A DNA stretch of 25,981 bases. Source: Oligoflexia bacterium. Its GTDB lineage: Bacteria; Bdellovibrionota; UBA1018. Below are positions 8,983 through 19,279 of the stretch, one piece after another. The DNA is taken from positions 1 through 25,981 of the forward strand of contig JAYTHP010000198.1 of the NCBI GenBank assembly GCA_043732485.1, written 5' to 3'. The position numbers and the translations under genes were made by a program. Below the pieces are notes generated by a model that saw only the letters and a program-made list of their open reading frames with translations, searched no databases and had not been told where the DNA came from. Each line of letters opens with the position of its first letter. Position 1 is the first letter of the stretch.

Positions 8983-9789
8983 ATGATCAAACATGCAGCA
9001 ATTGAAGTAAAAGTCGGGCTTTTTATCTTTTTCGGCGTCACGCTGTTGTTGGCTGCACTTTTAGTTTTAGGAAAAAATAGCCTTTTTTCCGGTAATAAAC
9101 AGTTTCACGTCCATCTCAACAGCGCCGATGGCCTGGCGCCAGGTGGCCGGGTTACGCTCGGGGGTGTGTCAGTTGGGACCATTGAGCGGCTGCGGTTGGA
9201 TGTGAAAAATCGCAACAGCGTGATCACGATTGCGATTGATCCCGAATCGAGCTTTTGGATCAGGCAAGACTCCACCATTCAAGTGGCCACCCAAGGGATT
9301 TTAGGCGATAAGTACCTAGAAATTAACATGGGGACGGCCGACAGCCCGGCAATCGCTAGCGGCGGCGAAATCCCCCTAAAAGAAAGCAAAGACTTAAGCC
9401 TCTTTCTCAACAAAGGCGATCAGCTGCTCATCTCCCTCAACCACATTGCCACCAACCTGGAGCACGTGGTCAAATCCTTTGAAAGCGAACACCGCAGTGA
9501 AACCTTGTTTCGTGGACTGGCGCAAACTGCCCAGAATTTCAGTGAGCTGACCTCCCACCTCAATAAAGAGGTCGCCCAGCTGCCGCTCAAGAAAATTACC
9601 ACGCAATTGACCGAGATTTTAGAAAAAGTCAATAACGGCAACGGCACGGTCGGGGAATTACTGAACGACCCCAGCTTGTACGATCAAATCACCGCCTTAG
9701 TGGGAGGTGCCAACCGCAACCGCATCGTCCGCAACTTGATCAGGCAAACCCTGTCACAAGCCAAGCCTGCTACTACGCCTGAAAAGTAG
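8983..9789 (+). CDS. mlaD: MlaD/MCE-domain protein
   Basis: N-terminal TM (EVKVGLF), GL..G..VTLGGVSVG, I.TQGILGDKYLEI..G, helical C-terminus with GTVGELLNDPSLY. Confidence 0.93.
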   Translation: MIKHAAIEVKVGLFIFFGVTLLLAALLVLGKNSLFSGNKQFHVHLNSADGLAPGGRVTLGGVSVGTIERLRLDVKNRNSVITIAIDPESSFWIRQDSTIQVATQGILGDKYLEINMGTADSPAIASGGEIPLKESKDLSLFLNKGDQLLISLNHIATNLEHVVKSFESEHRSETLFRGLAQTAQNFSELTSHLNKEVAQLPLKKITTQLTEILEKVNNGNGTVGELLNDPSLYDQITALVGGANRNRIVRNLIRQTLSQAKPATTPEK

Positions 9790-9844
9790 TCTTAGCAAAA
9801 AAAAGACCTTGGCAGCCCCGCCAATCATGATAGCCTAAACCTCC

Positions 9845-10438
9845 ATGACCGGCAAACTTACCGTTGAATCCACCCCACTTGAGGGACTCAAAGTTGTCAC
9901 GCTGAACCTGCTTGGTGACGAGCGCGGCTTTTTCGTTGAGCGCTTCAACCGTGCACTTTTTCGCGAGCATCAACTGCCCTGCGATTTCGTGCAAGACAAT
10001 CACTCACGCTCGGCGCCAGGCATTTTGCGGGGATTACATTTTCAATTGAATCCCGGCCAGGGCAAGCTGGTAGGGGTGATTCGTGGCGCGATCTGGGACG
10101 TGGCAGTCGACATTCGTCGCTCCTCGCCAACCTTTGGCCAGCACTTTGCTATCACCTTAAGCGACCTCAAGGGACAACTCTTATGGTTGCCTGCGGGGTT
10201 TGCCCACGGCTTTTGCGTCTTAGGGACAGAGCCTGCCGATGTCTTTTATAAAGTCGATCAATTCTATCACCCCTCAGCCGAGCTTGGCTGTCAATACAAT
10301 GACCCGAGCTTGGCCATACCCTGGCCGATTGTTAACCCGACGCTCTCGCGGCGAGACCAAGGGCTCCCGACGCTTGCGGCCTTAGGTGATCTCATCGATC
10401 CTCAGCCTATGACCACTCCTACTAGCATCCCGTCTTAA
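9845..10438 (+). CDS. rfbC: dTDP-4-dehydrorhamnose 3,5-epimerase
   Basis: DERGFF, QDNHSRS..GILRGLHFQ, QGKLV, DVAVDIR..SPTFG, GFAHGF, YK motifs. Confidence 0.96.
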   Translation: MTGKLTVESTPLEGLKVVTLNLLGDERGFFVERFNRALFREHQLPCDFVQDNHSRSAPGILRGLHFQLNPGQGKLVGVIRGAIWDVAVDIRRSSPTFGQHFAITLSDLKGQLLWLPAGFAHGFCVLGTEPADVFYKVDQFYHPSAELGCQYNDPSLAIPWPIVNPTLSRRDQGLPTLAALGDLIDPQPMTTPTSIPS

Positions 10439-10842
10439 AAGCCCGTCTGCGAGTCTTAGGCCTCTTTGTCGCTCATAGCTTAGCCAGGTCTCTCATTGTT
10501 CATGCTTGTTGTTGTCGGTGGTGGTGGCTGCAATTTTTCGCTTGATCTTCAAACCGAAGCCAGACAATGTAAAGGATGCGCTTGAGAGGCGCTTTAGCAA
10601 TGTCTGTATCCATGAGATGTTTTGCCTCTTGTTTTACATTGTTTTTTGCATCATCTTTTGCTTCATTCCCTTCAGCTCTGGTTGTCATGAAACTATGATT
10701 TTTCCTCACCCTTTGGCGTTCCCCGTCATGTCCGTCACCTCTACCCGCAAAGACCACAGGTCGCTTCCGCGTTCCAGTTGTTCTGTGCCCGCCTCTACCG
10801 ATCACCCTTTGCTCAACTTGCTCAAGAACAGGAGCAGCACAC

Positions 10843-11658
10843 GTGGCTAGACTCAAGCGCCTAGGCCGCTTTTTTTACGAGCCCTTGGGGGTAGATTTAT
10901 TTTGCTTAGGCAAAAAATTTCTCATTTTTCACCTCATTCATCGCAACTTGACCGTCAAATACCGGCGCTCGGTTTTTGGGCTGCTCTGGACACTGCTCAC
11001 CCCGCTTTCCACCACCTTGGTCTATTACTTTGTCTTTAAGGTGATCATGAATCAAGGTGTCCCCAATCATCTGATTTTTTTTCTCACTGGGGTTTTAACT
11101 TGGAATTTCGTCAATCAATCGATCATTGAAAGCATGGAAACGATTGTCAATAATGCCGGACTGCTGACCAAGGTGCCGGTGTCGCTTCAGACCTTCTCGT
11201 TCTCAGGCACCTTGACTAATTTTGTGACTTATCTCTTGGCACTCCCGATTTTAATTGCTTCAGCCCTCTTCTCCCAGATTCACTTAGGCCACTCCTTGCT
11301 CGTCATGCCCTTTTACCTGCTCAATTTGTTCCTGATCACCTACGCCTTGGGTTTCATACTTTCCATTTTCTATATCCGTTTTCGCGACTTACGCCACTTG
11401 ATGTCCATTGGCTTGCAGTTATGGATGTGGACCACGCCGGTGCTTTACGAGGCCTCGATGATTCCCGAAAAATATCACCTTCTCTTGCCCCTCAATCCCT
11501 TTGGCTATCTGTTTGCCGATTTGCACGACATCTGGCTGCGCAATCTCCTGCCTGCCTGGCCGCACGGCTTACAAATTGCCTGCTGGAGTGTCAGCTTAAC
11601 CTTTCTCAGTGCCTGGATTCATCGCCATTACGCGCCAGGGCTACTGGAACAAATCTAA
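10843..11658 (+). CDS. wzm: ABC-2 polysaccharide export permease
   Basis: KYRRSVFGLLWTLLTPL, RFRDLRH, TPVLY, LNPF; about 6 TM segments; adjacent to wzt. Confidence 0.92.
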   Translation: MARLKRLGRFFYEPLGVDLFCLGKKFLIFHLIHRNLTVKYRRSVFGLLWTLLTPLSTTLVYYFVFKVIMNQGVPNHLIFFLTGVLTWNFVNQSIIESMETIVNNAGLLTKVPVSLQTFSFSGTLTNFVTYLLALPILIASALFSQIHLGHSLLVMPFYLLNLFLITYALGFILSIFYIRFRDLRHLMSIGLQLWMWTTPVLYEASMIPEKYHLLLPLNPFGYLFADLHDIWLRNLLPAWPHGLQIACWSVSLTFLSAWIHRHYAPGLLEQI

Positions 11659-11752
11659 TGCATACCACTCACCCCACACCGCCGCCCCTCCGCCGCCTAC
11701 TCCTCCTTGTTGCGAGGGCTATCGCTATTGCTCACTTTGAGGGCCTACCCGC

Positions 11753-12571
11753 TTGACTCGTCACCACGCCGTAGCCTTGCAGCCAGTGATTGAGGTCAGT
11801 CACCTCACCAAGAAATTCGCCCACTGGGAGGATCAAAACCCCTCGCTGAAGGCGGTCCTCATCGAACTGGCCCGGGGTCAATGGCGCTCGCAGGGCAAAA
11901 AAGAGTTTTTGGCCTTAGACGACGTGAGCTTCCAGGTCTATCCTGGCGATTTTTTAGGGATCATGGGGAAAAACGGCGAAGGCAAGAGTACGCTGATGAA
12001 GCTGATCACCGGCATCTTCACCCCGACGTTAGGTACCATTACCGTGCAAGGGGTGATTGCACCACTCATTGAACTGGGTGCGGGATTTAGTGGCGAGCTG
12101 TCTGGGCTAGAAAACATCATGCTCAATTCTGCGATCCTAGGCTTTGGTCGCAAGGCCACCCTGGCTGCCATCCCGCAAATTATTGAGTTTTCCGAACTCG
12201 GGCCGATGATTGAAATGCCCGTGAGAAATTACTCTAGCGGCATGCTGGCCCGACTGGGGTTCTCCATTGCCACCTCCTTAACCGCGCCGATCATTCTCAT
12301 TGACGAAGTGCTCTCGGTAGGGGATATTGCCTTCCAAGAGAAATCTTTGAATAAAATTCATCAATTACACGCCGAAGGACGCACCATCTTGCTGATCAGC
12401 CATGATCCACAAACCATCGTCCAGCACTGCAACCGCTGCTTGGTGCTGGTTAACCATAAGATTGTTTTTGACGGCGATCCTGAGGCAGGCAAAGCGATTT
12501 ACCTGAGCAGCTTGAAAAAGCGATCTCAAGCCGTCGCAGAGGAAGCACAGCCAACGACAAAGGCGCCCTGA
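11753..12571 (+). CDS. wzt: Polysaccharide ABC transporter ATP-binding protein, no C-terminal carbohydrate-binding domain
   Basis: ALDDVSF, GKNGEGKST, ELGAGF, YSSGMLARLGF, IDEVLSVGD..FQ.K, ISHD; only 272 aa. Confidence 0.93.
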   Translation: MTRHHAVALQPVIEVSHLTKKFAHWEDQNPSLKAVLIELARGQWRSQGKKEFLALDDVSFQVYPGDFLGIMGKNGEGKSTLMKLITGIFTPTLGTITVQGVIAPLIELGAGFSGELSGLENIMLNSAILGFGRKATLAAIPQIIEFSELGPMIEMPVRNYSSGMLARLGFSIATSLTAPIILIDEVLSVGDIAFQEKSLNKIHQLHAEGRTILLISHDPQTIVQHCNRCLVLVNHKIVFDGDPEAGKAIYLSSLKKRSQAVAEEAQPTTKAP

Positions 12572-12629
12572 AAGACCCCTTTTACAAAGGTATGACCTAA
12601 CCCCACTTAAGAAAAGGACGTAACGACCC

Positions 12630-14645
12630 GTGAGTAAAATTGGTAGTAAACTACAAAAAGTTATTGTTCAGGCTTTCGCGTTCATGAAGATTTTTGCAAG
12701 GATTTTCCTTCTTGCCCTGCAAACCGGACGGGTGCTTTCTACTAGTAAAAAGCTAATTTACATCTTCCTCTTTCACATCTGGCACGCTTTTAAAGCCTTA
12801 AAGCATCACTTAGAGCAATTATCTCAGCAACTGGACTTGATCTATAAAAATGCGCAGGAGAGCCAAACCGTGGACCTCCCAGTCAAGGCTGATGAGGGAG
12901 CGCTTCAGCAGCCAGCTGACGAGGAGCAGGTACAAGAAAAGCCTGTTAAAAGTGTCTCGATGCTGGATCGCCCGAGTTTACAAAAGACTTGCCAGGGCTT
13001 GCATTCCCTATTGCCCGACACGGACCAGTACCATTACTCGATCTTAATCCCAGTGTACCACCCTAAGCCCCAGTTTCTGGCCTGCGCCGTGCAGTCGGCT
13101 TGTAATCAAAGCGCCCCGCACTGCGAGGTCTTACTAGGCCTTGATGGACCGCAACCTGCAGAAACCATAGAAACTATTGAGCAATTGATCAAGAGCAACG
13201 AGCACAACTCGGTGCGCATTAGGGTGATTCAAGTTGACCGCGCAGCTACTGGGGGTGGGATTTCCGCCACGACCAACGCGCTTGCAGCCGCCGCCAAGGG
13301 AAATTATCTCCTACTCATGGATCATGATGACTGGATTTCGCCTGATCTCTTGTTTCGCTATGAACAAACGCTCAGACTGCTGGAAGACCCTGCAAACAGC
13401 GTTTTGTATTGCAATGAGTTTAAAATTAACGAAGATGACCTGGAAATCCCAGGCAGCCATTTTACTAAGCCCGAGCATCCGTCGTTTCCGTACCTTTTTA
13501 TTAATTTAATTTGTCACTGCCTACTGGTGCCAAAAAATCTCTGGCTCAAAACTGGCGGTTTGCGCTCGAAGTGTGATGGTGCCCAGGATTTCGATCTCTC
13601 ACTGCGCCTCGAGCAACACGGCGCAATTTTTCAAAACGTGCCTTTTTTCCTCTACGCTTGGCGAGCCCACGCCGACAGCACGGCACAAAACATTGACCAG
13701 AAGGATTACGCCACCCCTGCAGGCATCCTGGCGCTCAGCGAATACGCGGCTGCCAAGGGCTTGGACTGGGAAATTACCGAAGGTGCGATGAAGACCCAGT
13801 ACCGAGCTAAGCCCAGACTCAAGAGTCAGCAGCGGGTGCATGTGATCATCCCCTTTAGGGATCAACAAGAACTCACCTTACTGTCACTAAAGCACCTACT
13901 TGCGCAAAAAAATGTCGAGCTCGCCGTGAGTCTCATCAATAATCGCAGCCAGGACCTGGAGCTACTCAGGACACTAGCAGAGCTGCCGGTAGAAGTCCTG
14001 GAGGTGGATGAGCCCTTTAACTTTTCTAGGCTGTGCAATTTAGGGGTGCAAAGAAGTCAATTTGCCACCAGCTTTGAGAACGTTCTCTTCCTCAATAATG
14101 ACGTCTTGCTCGAGCCGGATGCTTTGGAAGAAATGACTCGCTGGCTGGAGCAACCAAAAATCGGGATGATTGGGGCCAAATTACTTTACCCCAACGGCAA
14201 CTTACAGCATGGCGGGATTACCATGAATGGTAATTCGGCCATTCGCATGCAGTGGTGCCACATTGACGGCAATCAACCGCCTGAACATTGGGCGTGGTCA
14301 AAGTTTTTGCAGGTCTGTGACGCGGTGACCGGCGCTTGTGCTTTGCTGAAGAAAGAGAACTTCTGGCGGGTCGGGGGATTTGACGAGATCTGGTACCCAA
14401 TCTCTTACAGTGACACCCATTTGGCTTGTAAGCTGCGAGAGCTCGGACTCTACTCGCTCTATACCCCCTATGCCCAGGGCATTCACCGCGGGAGTGTGTC
14501 GCGAGGGTTTGAAAAATATGAGGATTTTGAATCCTCCTACTGGCTCCACCGGCAAACCAGCCGTCGCTTTCAGGAGATCCAGCCTCTCACCCAGCAACGA
14601 CCGCGGCAACAGGCACAGCACTCCTTGTTTTTGACCGGATACTAA
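12630..14645 (+). CDS. Two-domain family 2 glycosyltransferase
   Basis: Domain 1: SILIPVY, GGISATTN, MDHDD, GAQDFDL, LYAWR. Domain 2: VIIPFRD, FNFSRLCN, FLNNDV, LQHGGI, AVTGAC, VGGFDE. Confidence 0.93.
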   Translation: MSKIGSKLQKVIVQAFAFMKIFARIFLLALQTGRVLSTSKKLIYIFLFHIWHAFKALKHHLEQLSQQLDLIYKNAQESQTVDLPVKADEGALQQPADEEQVQEKPVKSVSMLDRPSLQKTCQGLHSLLPDTDQYHYSILIPVYHPKPQFLACAVQSACNQSAPHCEVLLGLDGPQPAETIETIEQLIKSNEHNSVRIRVIQVDRAATGGGISATTNALAAAAKGNYLLLMDHDDWISPDLLFRYEQTLRLLEDPANSVLYCNEFKINEDDLEIPGSHFTKPEHPSFPYLFINLICHCLLVPKNLWLKTGGLRSKCDGAQDFDLSLRLEQHGAIFQNVPFFLYAWRAHADSTAQNIDQKDYATPAGILALSEYAAAKGLDWEITEGAMKTQYRAKPRLKSQQRVHVIIPFRDQQELTLLSLKHLLAQKNVELAVSLINNRSQDLELLRTLAELPVEVLEVDEPFNFSRLCNLGVQRSQFATSFENVLFLNNDVLLEPDALEEMTRWLEQPKIGMIGAKLLYPNGNLQHGGITMNGNSAIRMQWCHIDGNQPPEHWAWSKFLQVCDAVTGACALLKKENFWRVGGFDEIWYPISYSDTHLACKLRELGLYSLYTPYAQGIHRGSVSRGFEKYEDFESSYWLHRQTSRRFQEIQPLTQQRPRQQAQHSLFLTGY

Positions 14646-14687
14646 TCACCTTAATAGCAGGAACCTGAACTCCTCATCGATCCGCCT

Positions 14688-15299
14688 ATGACCGACCAAC
14701 CCCTGGACTCCACTCATACAGCTGGGACTTCACCCGAGCTACTAAGACCTGCGGTTTTCTTAGATCGTGACGGGGTGCTCAACCAGGTGGTGTTGCGAGA
14801 CGGAAAGTCCTATCCCCCGCCTGATTTAGCAAGTTTTCACCTGCTACCACAGGTTCCAGAGATTTTAGCGCAGCTCAAGGCTGCCGGATTCGTGCTCTTG
14901 GTGGTGACCAATCAGCCGGACGTGCGCACCGGGAAACAAGACAAAGCCGTAGTTGAGCAAATGCATGCCCAGTTACTAGCCACACTCCCACTCGATCAGA
15001 TCTTTGTCTGCTATCACGTCAGAGAAGATCACTGCGGCTGCAAAAAACCTAAGCCAGGCATGATCTGGGAGGCCGCAAGCCTTTGGCAGGTTGATTTACA
15101 GTCCTCCTACCTGATCGGTGATCGCTGGTCGGATATCGCAGCTGGGGCACGAGCAGGAGTAAAAACCTTTCTCCTCGGTGAAAGTTACCAGGAGCCTCCC
15201 TTAGAAGCTCAGGCCACTTGGCGCACGGAAACACTTGCCGAAGTCTTGCCCATTTTACTCAAGGACCACCAGCAACGCCGCGCTCACCAGCCTCTTTAG
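14688..15299 (+). CDS. gmhB: D-glycero-D-manno-heptose 1,7-bisphosphate phosphatase (HAD-IIIA)
   Basis: AVFLDRDGVLN, VVTNQ, CYH....CGCKKPKPGM, IGDRWSDI.AG. Confidence 0.88.
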   Translation: MTDQPLDSTHTAGTSPELLRPAVFLDRDGVLNQVVLRDGKSYPPPDLASFHLLPQVPEILAQLKAAGFVLLVVTNQPDVRTGKQDKAVVEQMHAQLLATLPLDQIFVCYHVREDHCGCKKPKPGMIWEAASLWQVDLQSSYLIGDRWSDIAAGARAGVKTFLLGESYQEPPLEAQATWRTETLAEVLPILLKDHQQRRAHQPL

Positions 15300-15524
15300 C
15301 CCCGGCCCGAGCCTCCCAAAAAAAAGACCAACGGATACTCTTAAAAGGGGGAAAAAGCTTGACTGCACTGGAAACCCCGAGCTATCCTGGCGACAGCCCC
15401 CTTTCCGGCGACTTCTCCCGTAACACTTGCAAGCACCTCAGTCAGTTAAACTCAGCCGCCAAAAAATTAGGCGCGGTCATATTTTTTACTCAAGAAGAAC
15501 ACTCAAGAAGAACCGTGATAACAC

Positions 15525-17114
15525 TTGGATCCGACGAGCCCCCCCCCTCAAGACCCCTCTCACTCCGCTGTGCCCTCACAGCCGGCCTCATTAAGACCGG
15601 GGCACATCCCGCTCATATCCGTGATTCTCTTGACCTACCAGCATGAAAAATTTATCCAAGCCTCCATTGAGAGCGTCTTACAGCAGTCTTTCACCGACTT
15701 TGAGCTGATCATTATTGACGACGGCTCGACCGATCGCACCCCGCAGCTCATTGCCCAGCAAACCGACCTCCGAATCATCTCCATCCGCCATCCCAACCAA
15801 GGTATCCCACTCTCTTATAACGCAGGCCTTGCCAAGGCCCGGGGACAGTACGTGGCCTTTACCTCAGGCGATGATGTTTGTCCTCCGGACCGTTTGCGTC
15901 AGCAGCTAGACGAGCTCGTTGCGCACGGCGATCATGTCTTATTTAGCGTGCCCGAGTTCATTAATGAGCAAGGTCAGATCACCCCGCCCCCTCTTTACTT
16001 GCGCAACGTTTTTCCCTGCGTGAACTTTGCCTTGACGGGAGAAAATCTCGCGAAACTCTTTTTCGAAGGCAATTACTTGAATTGCTCTTCTTGTTTTGTG
16101 CCAAGACTGTGGCTAGTACAAGAAACCCTACCGCACCATCAGGGTCCGTTTGATCGCCGTTTCTTACAACTGCAGGACTTCGATTTATGGATCAGATTAG
16201 CCAAGCGCTTTTCTTTTCGCGTTTCGCAAAAACCTGCCATTTATTACCGCTATTTCAGCGACTTCGCTTCAGCCAGTGCACCTTCGGTGACAAAAAATCG
16301 CCGTTTGCGCTTAGAGATGATTGAAGTTTTTAGTCATTTCTTTGATCACCTAACCCCCGCACTGCTCGAGCGTGCCTTCCGACACGAATTAGTGCAACTG
16401 CCCGTCATATCGGAGCTGCAAGCAGAAGCAGAGATTGCTTTTCTTTGTACTCAGCAAAAAGCTCTCCCTGCGGCAAAACTCTTTGGCATACGGCTGCTGC
16501 AGCAAATGCTGCAAACGCAAGAAAAATCAGAGTATTTGCGCACCGTTTATCAGTTTGACGTGCAAGCCCTCTACCGCCTATCTGGGTCGCTCACCCTGTG
16601 GGATGATCTCGGGACCGCAACCTCAAGCCTCCGCTACCAGGCCGCAAAAGAGGGCCTAGCCACCCAGCAACTGGACGCGGTGATCGATCTGACGGACAAC
16701 TGGATGCAAGTGACCTTTCGTTCACCCCCTAAGCTCCTCTTCAGTGGCTCCATTCGTTGGGATCCCGTCGATAACGAAATCTGCAAGCTTGAGCTCATCC
16801 AGATCCAGTACCTAGCGGCTGGGCAAGGCGGTGAGGGTGATCATCATGCTAGTGACAGGGATAGGCCGCGCCGGAAAACGATTCCGCTGAGCGCCGTGCA
16901 CTCCAACGGTGCCAGAGTATCACCTCAAGAAATTGAGTTTTTAACCCGCGACCCCTATCTCCACTTTCAACTGCCGGAGCAGGCCTGCGAGATCGTCATT
17001 ACGGCACGCCTCTTGCTGCTTCGCACCCAAGGCTATCAACCCTCTATCCGCGCTTGCCTCGTGTTTTTACGCAAGCAGCTCGTGGCCTGGCTTAAATCAC
17101 AGCTCTGCTTTTAG
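15525..17114 (+). CDS. Family 2 glycosyltransferase with extended C-terminal region
   Basis: ISVILLTYQHEKFI, ELIIIDDGSTD, SGDDV, QDFDLWIR; beta-rich C-terminal part (IRWDP...DPY). Confidence 0.9.
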   Translation: MDPTSPPPQDPSHSAVPSQPASLRPGHIPLISVILLTYQHEKFIQASIESVLQQSFTDFELIIIDDGSTDRTPQLIAQQTDLRIISIRHPNQGIPLSYNAGLAKARGQYVAFTSGDDVCPPDRLRQQLDELVAHGDHVLFSVPEFINEQGQITPPPLYLRNVFPCVNFALTGENLAKLFFEGNYLNCSSCFVPRLWLVQETLPHHQGPFDRRFLQLQDFDLWIRLAKRFSFRVSQKPAIYYRYFSDFASASAPSVTKNRRLRLEMIEVFSHFFDHLTPALLERAFRHELVQLPVISELQAEAEIAFLCTQQKALPAAKLFGIRLLQQMLQTQEKSEYLRTVYQFDVQALYRLSGSLTLWDDLGTATSSLRYQAAKEGLATQQLDAVIDLTDNWMQVTFRSPPKLLFSGSIRWDPVDNEICKLELIQIQYLAAGQGGEGDHHASDRDRPRRKTIPLSAVHSNGARVSPQEIEFLTRDPYLHFQLPEQACEIVITARLLLLRTQGYQPSIRACLVFLRKQLVAWLKSQLCF

Positions 17115-17290
17115 ACTCCCACCCAACCCAATCAGGCTTCAGCAATGGCGGCGGGGTGCGTGTTACAATGGATAGAGAGGGGGCGCGATTGCTCAACCCC
17201 TCCTTGCTTGAGCTAACGGCTCGACCATAGTCAAAAATGAGGAGGCCTGGAGGCTTACCGCCCCGCACAACGATTCGAGACCGGGCAAGC
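17115..17290 (-). pseudogene. Highly decayed second copy of the fdtB 3' end
   Basis: Aligns by eye with 21501-21690 (MVEPLAQ...AIAPPLY versus IAEQLAQ...PIGPHLH; shared GCnTGATTG...GGGAGTCTAA on the minus strand). Confidence 0.5.
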
Positions 17291-17328
17291 AAACAATCTC
17301 AACCACGCACTTTTTACGTAGCCTCTTG

Positions 17329-18639
17329 TTAGCCTGCAGAGGGGAGGCTAAGGAGAGCATCCTCGGTCAGCGGCTCAAGCAGAGTCCGTAGGAGCAGCTC
17401 AAAATATTTAAATGAAATGCGCACGCCGGAAAAGTTCACCTGCTTGATTTGGCCACGGATCTCCATCGGCTCCAGGCTTTCGAGCAGCCAACTTGGCACG
17501 CCCCCAGAAGAGCCCTGCTCTGAACAATATTGCTTAAGCGGCTGCTGACTGCCACCCAGACCGCTGGTAACCTGCAGCAGGTCAAAGGGGAGGTCAGCTG
17601 CCTTCAGATGGGTCAAGGGCTGCTGACATTGACTCCAGAACGGCTGGTGGTTGCTGATCACCGCAAGACTTTGCGAAAGTTTCATCCAGGACTCAGGGTA
17701 AAAGTCGATTAGCTCAAGCTCCGACTCGAAGCGAATACCTGGAATTTCTAAATTACTTCCCCTTTGATGATTTAACCAGGAAAAGATGCTATTTTTCTCG
17801 TTCTCATAAATATCGCTAAGCGCAAACACAAAACAAATATTAGGGGCACTTTGCCTATTTGGAGTAAATATAGAGATATTCTTAAAACCGGATCTTTGAA
17901 GCTCGGTTACAACCTCCTTTGCCCCATAATATCGCCCAGGCCAGCCGCTAGAATCTGAGACCACGAAATGAGGATCAGACGGTGATCCATCGACAAACAG
18001 TGCAGAAAAATGGTAAATATAGTGAGAAATAACCCAAGACTGCTCTTGAGGATTTTTACGCCACTCCTCAAGCTCCGCATGCAGATCTTCTAAAAAAATA
18101 GCATGAGCTGGAACTCTTTCATGAATTCTTGAATAAATAACTTCATTAAGAATATTTTTTTTTAAAATAAAATTAATACCTTTGAGGCTCAGCTGAGGAT
18201 CAAGATCGAGGTAACGAAAATAATCGTACACCCTAAAGCCAGGAAGAAAAGCTTGTATAGTTTTCAGAAAATCGGCGAAACTAAGGTTGAATCCACTATC
18301 GTTAGGCTTCAGCTCCACTTGAAAGTCTACCAAAAATTTAAAAATCAGCAACTTTTTATCAGAAAAACTTAGCGCTTTAACTTTTTCATCAAAAGCAGAG
18401 GCATTAGATTTCCTCAAAGCAATTAGCTCGGCCATACTTACAGATGGCATCTGATGATCGATCAATCCCGCTAACTTAAGCGCACTGCTTCGCTCTTGCT
18501 GATTGAATTGGGAGATACTTTTATTGATGCACCCAGTGATTAAAAAAATTATTATTAAAAAATTATATTTAATAATAATTTTTACGTATAAATTTACATT
18601 ATTAAATTTAGCAAGAAAAAATTTTAAATATGTAATCAT
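17329..18639 (-). CDS. Putative lipoprotein with YopJ-like / CE-clan acetyltransferase-protease domain
   Basis: Hydrophobic stretch plus lipobox ITG-C37; H210 (YHFSAL), D229 (FVVSDS), Q263/C269 (RQSAPNICFVFAL), and YPESWMKLSQS resembling the YopJ-family LPxxFYKHxxS motif. AT-rich relative to its neighbours. Confidence 0.65.
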   Translation of the reverse strand: MITYLKFFLAKFNNVNLYVKIIIKYNFLIIIFLITGCINKSISQFNQQERSSALKLAGLIDHQMPSVSMAELIALRKSNASAFDEKVKALSFSDKKLLIFKFLVDFQVELKPNDSGFNLSFADFLKTIQAFLPGFRVYDYFRYLDLDPQLSLKGINFILKKNILNEVIYSRIHERVPAHAIFLEDLHAELEEWRKNPQEQSWVISHYIYHFSALFVDGSPSDPHFVVSDSSGWPGRYYGAKEVVTELQRSGFKNISIFTPNRQSAPNICFVFALSDIYENEKNSIFSWLNHQRGSNLEIPGIRFESELELIDFYPESWMKLSQSLAVISNHQPFWSQCQQPLTHLKAADLPFDLLQVTSGLGGSQQPLKQYCSEQGSSGGVPSWLLESLEPMEIRGQIKQVNFSGVRISFKYFELLLRTLLEPLTEDALLSLPSAG

Positions 18640-18942
18640 CTTTTTTTTATTACCTAACTTAAGATAATGACTAATAATTTCTTAAAGAAAAACTTTCCTA
18701 ATTTCACCGCCCACAGAGATCAAAAAAACTCAGACATGACGATGCCAAAAATTGATCCGGACTTCTCGCCTGGGTAATGCGACATTTCAGGTTAATAGTG
18801 TAAAAAAATTTATTGAAACGACCTCAAGATACTGATCGTCAATAATTACTTATTCTTAAGATTTTTCCTTCCCTGTGTGCCACATAAACCAAAAGACACC
18901 AGACAGTAGACACAAAAACTTTGTGAAGTTTTAAGAGAAAAA

Positions 18943-19279
18943 GTGACTGTTCACCGCATTTTTTGCAGAGTGTATAGAAGCTTTTGAGAACAACTTCGGC
19001 AGAAAGGTTATTTGGGCAGAGGGGAGAGGCTGGACCATAAAAACAGCGTCAAAAGCTGCCAAGGAAGTAAATCCCTACTTTCGCTTGTTTGAGATATAGC
19101 TTCTAATGCGACGGAAGATTTTGGCTGACTCAAGACTTCGGAAGCACCCCGGTATCTTTGGCTTCACCTTATTCATTCGAATGTCCTGCTCACTCTGGTT
19201 GTTTGTGAAGGGAACCTGAAAGTTATTCATGAACCGCAAAATGGCAACGTTAAAGTCGTGGAGTCGATCTAAAAGATTT
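18943..19279 (-). repeat. Inverted partial copy (about 335 bp) of the IS66 right end
   Basis: Reverse complement matches 20653-20986 at roughly 92-93% by hand count; encodes ..FTNNQSEQDIRMNKVKPKIPGCFRS.. Confidence 0.95.

Noticed and set aside
10500..10856. Overlapping 114-aa (+) and 118-aa (-) ORFs between rfbC and wzm
   Set aside because: No recognisable motif or SD, and low-complexity composition; cannot be supported as genes.
15218..15646. 142-aa ORF bridging gmhB and the GT
   Set aside because: Overlaps both neighbours out of frame and has no recognisable domain.
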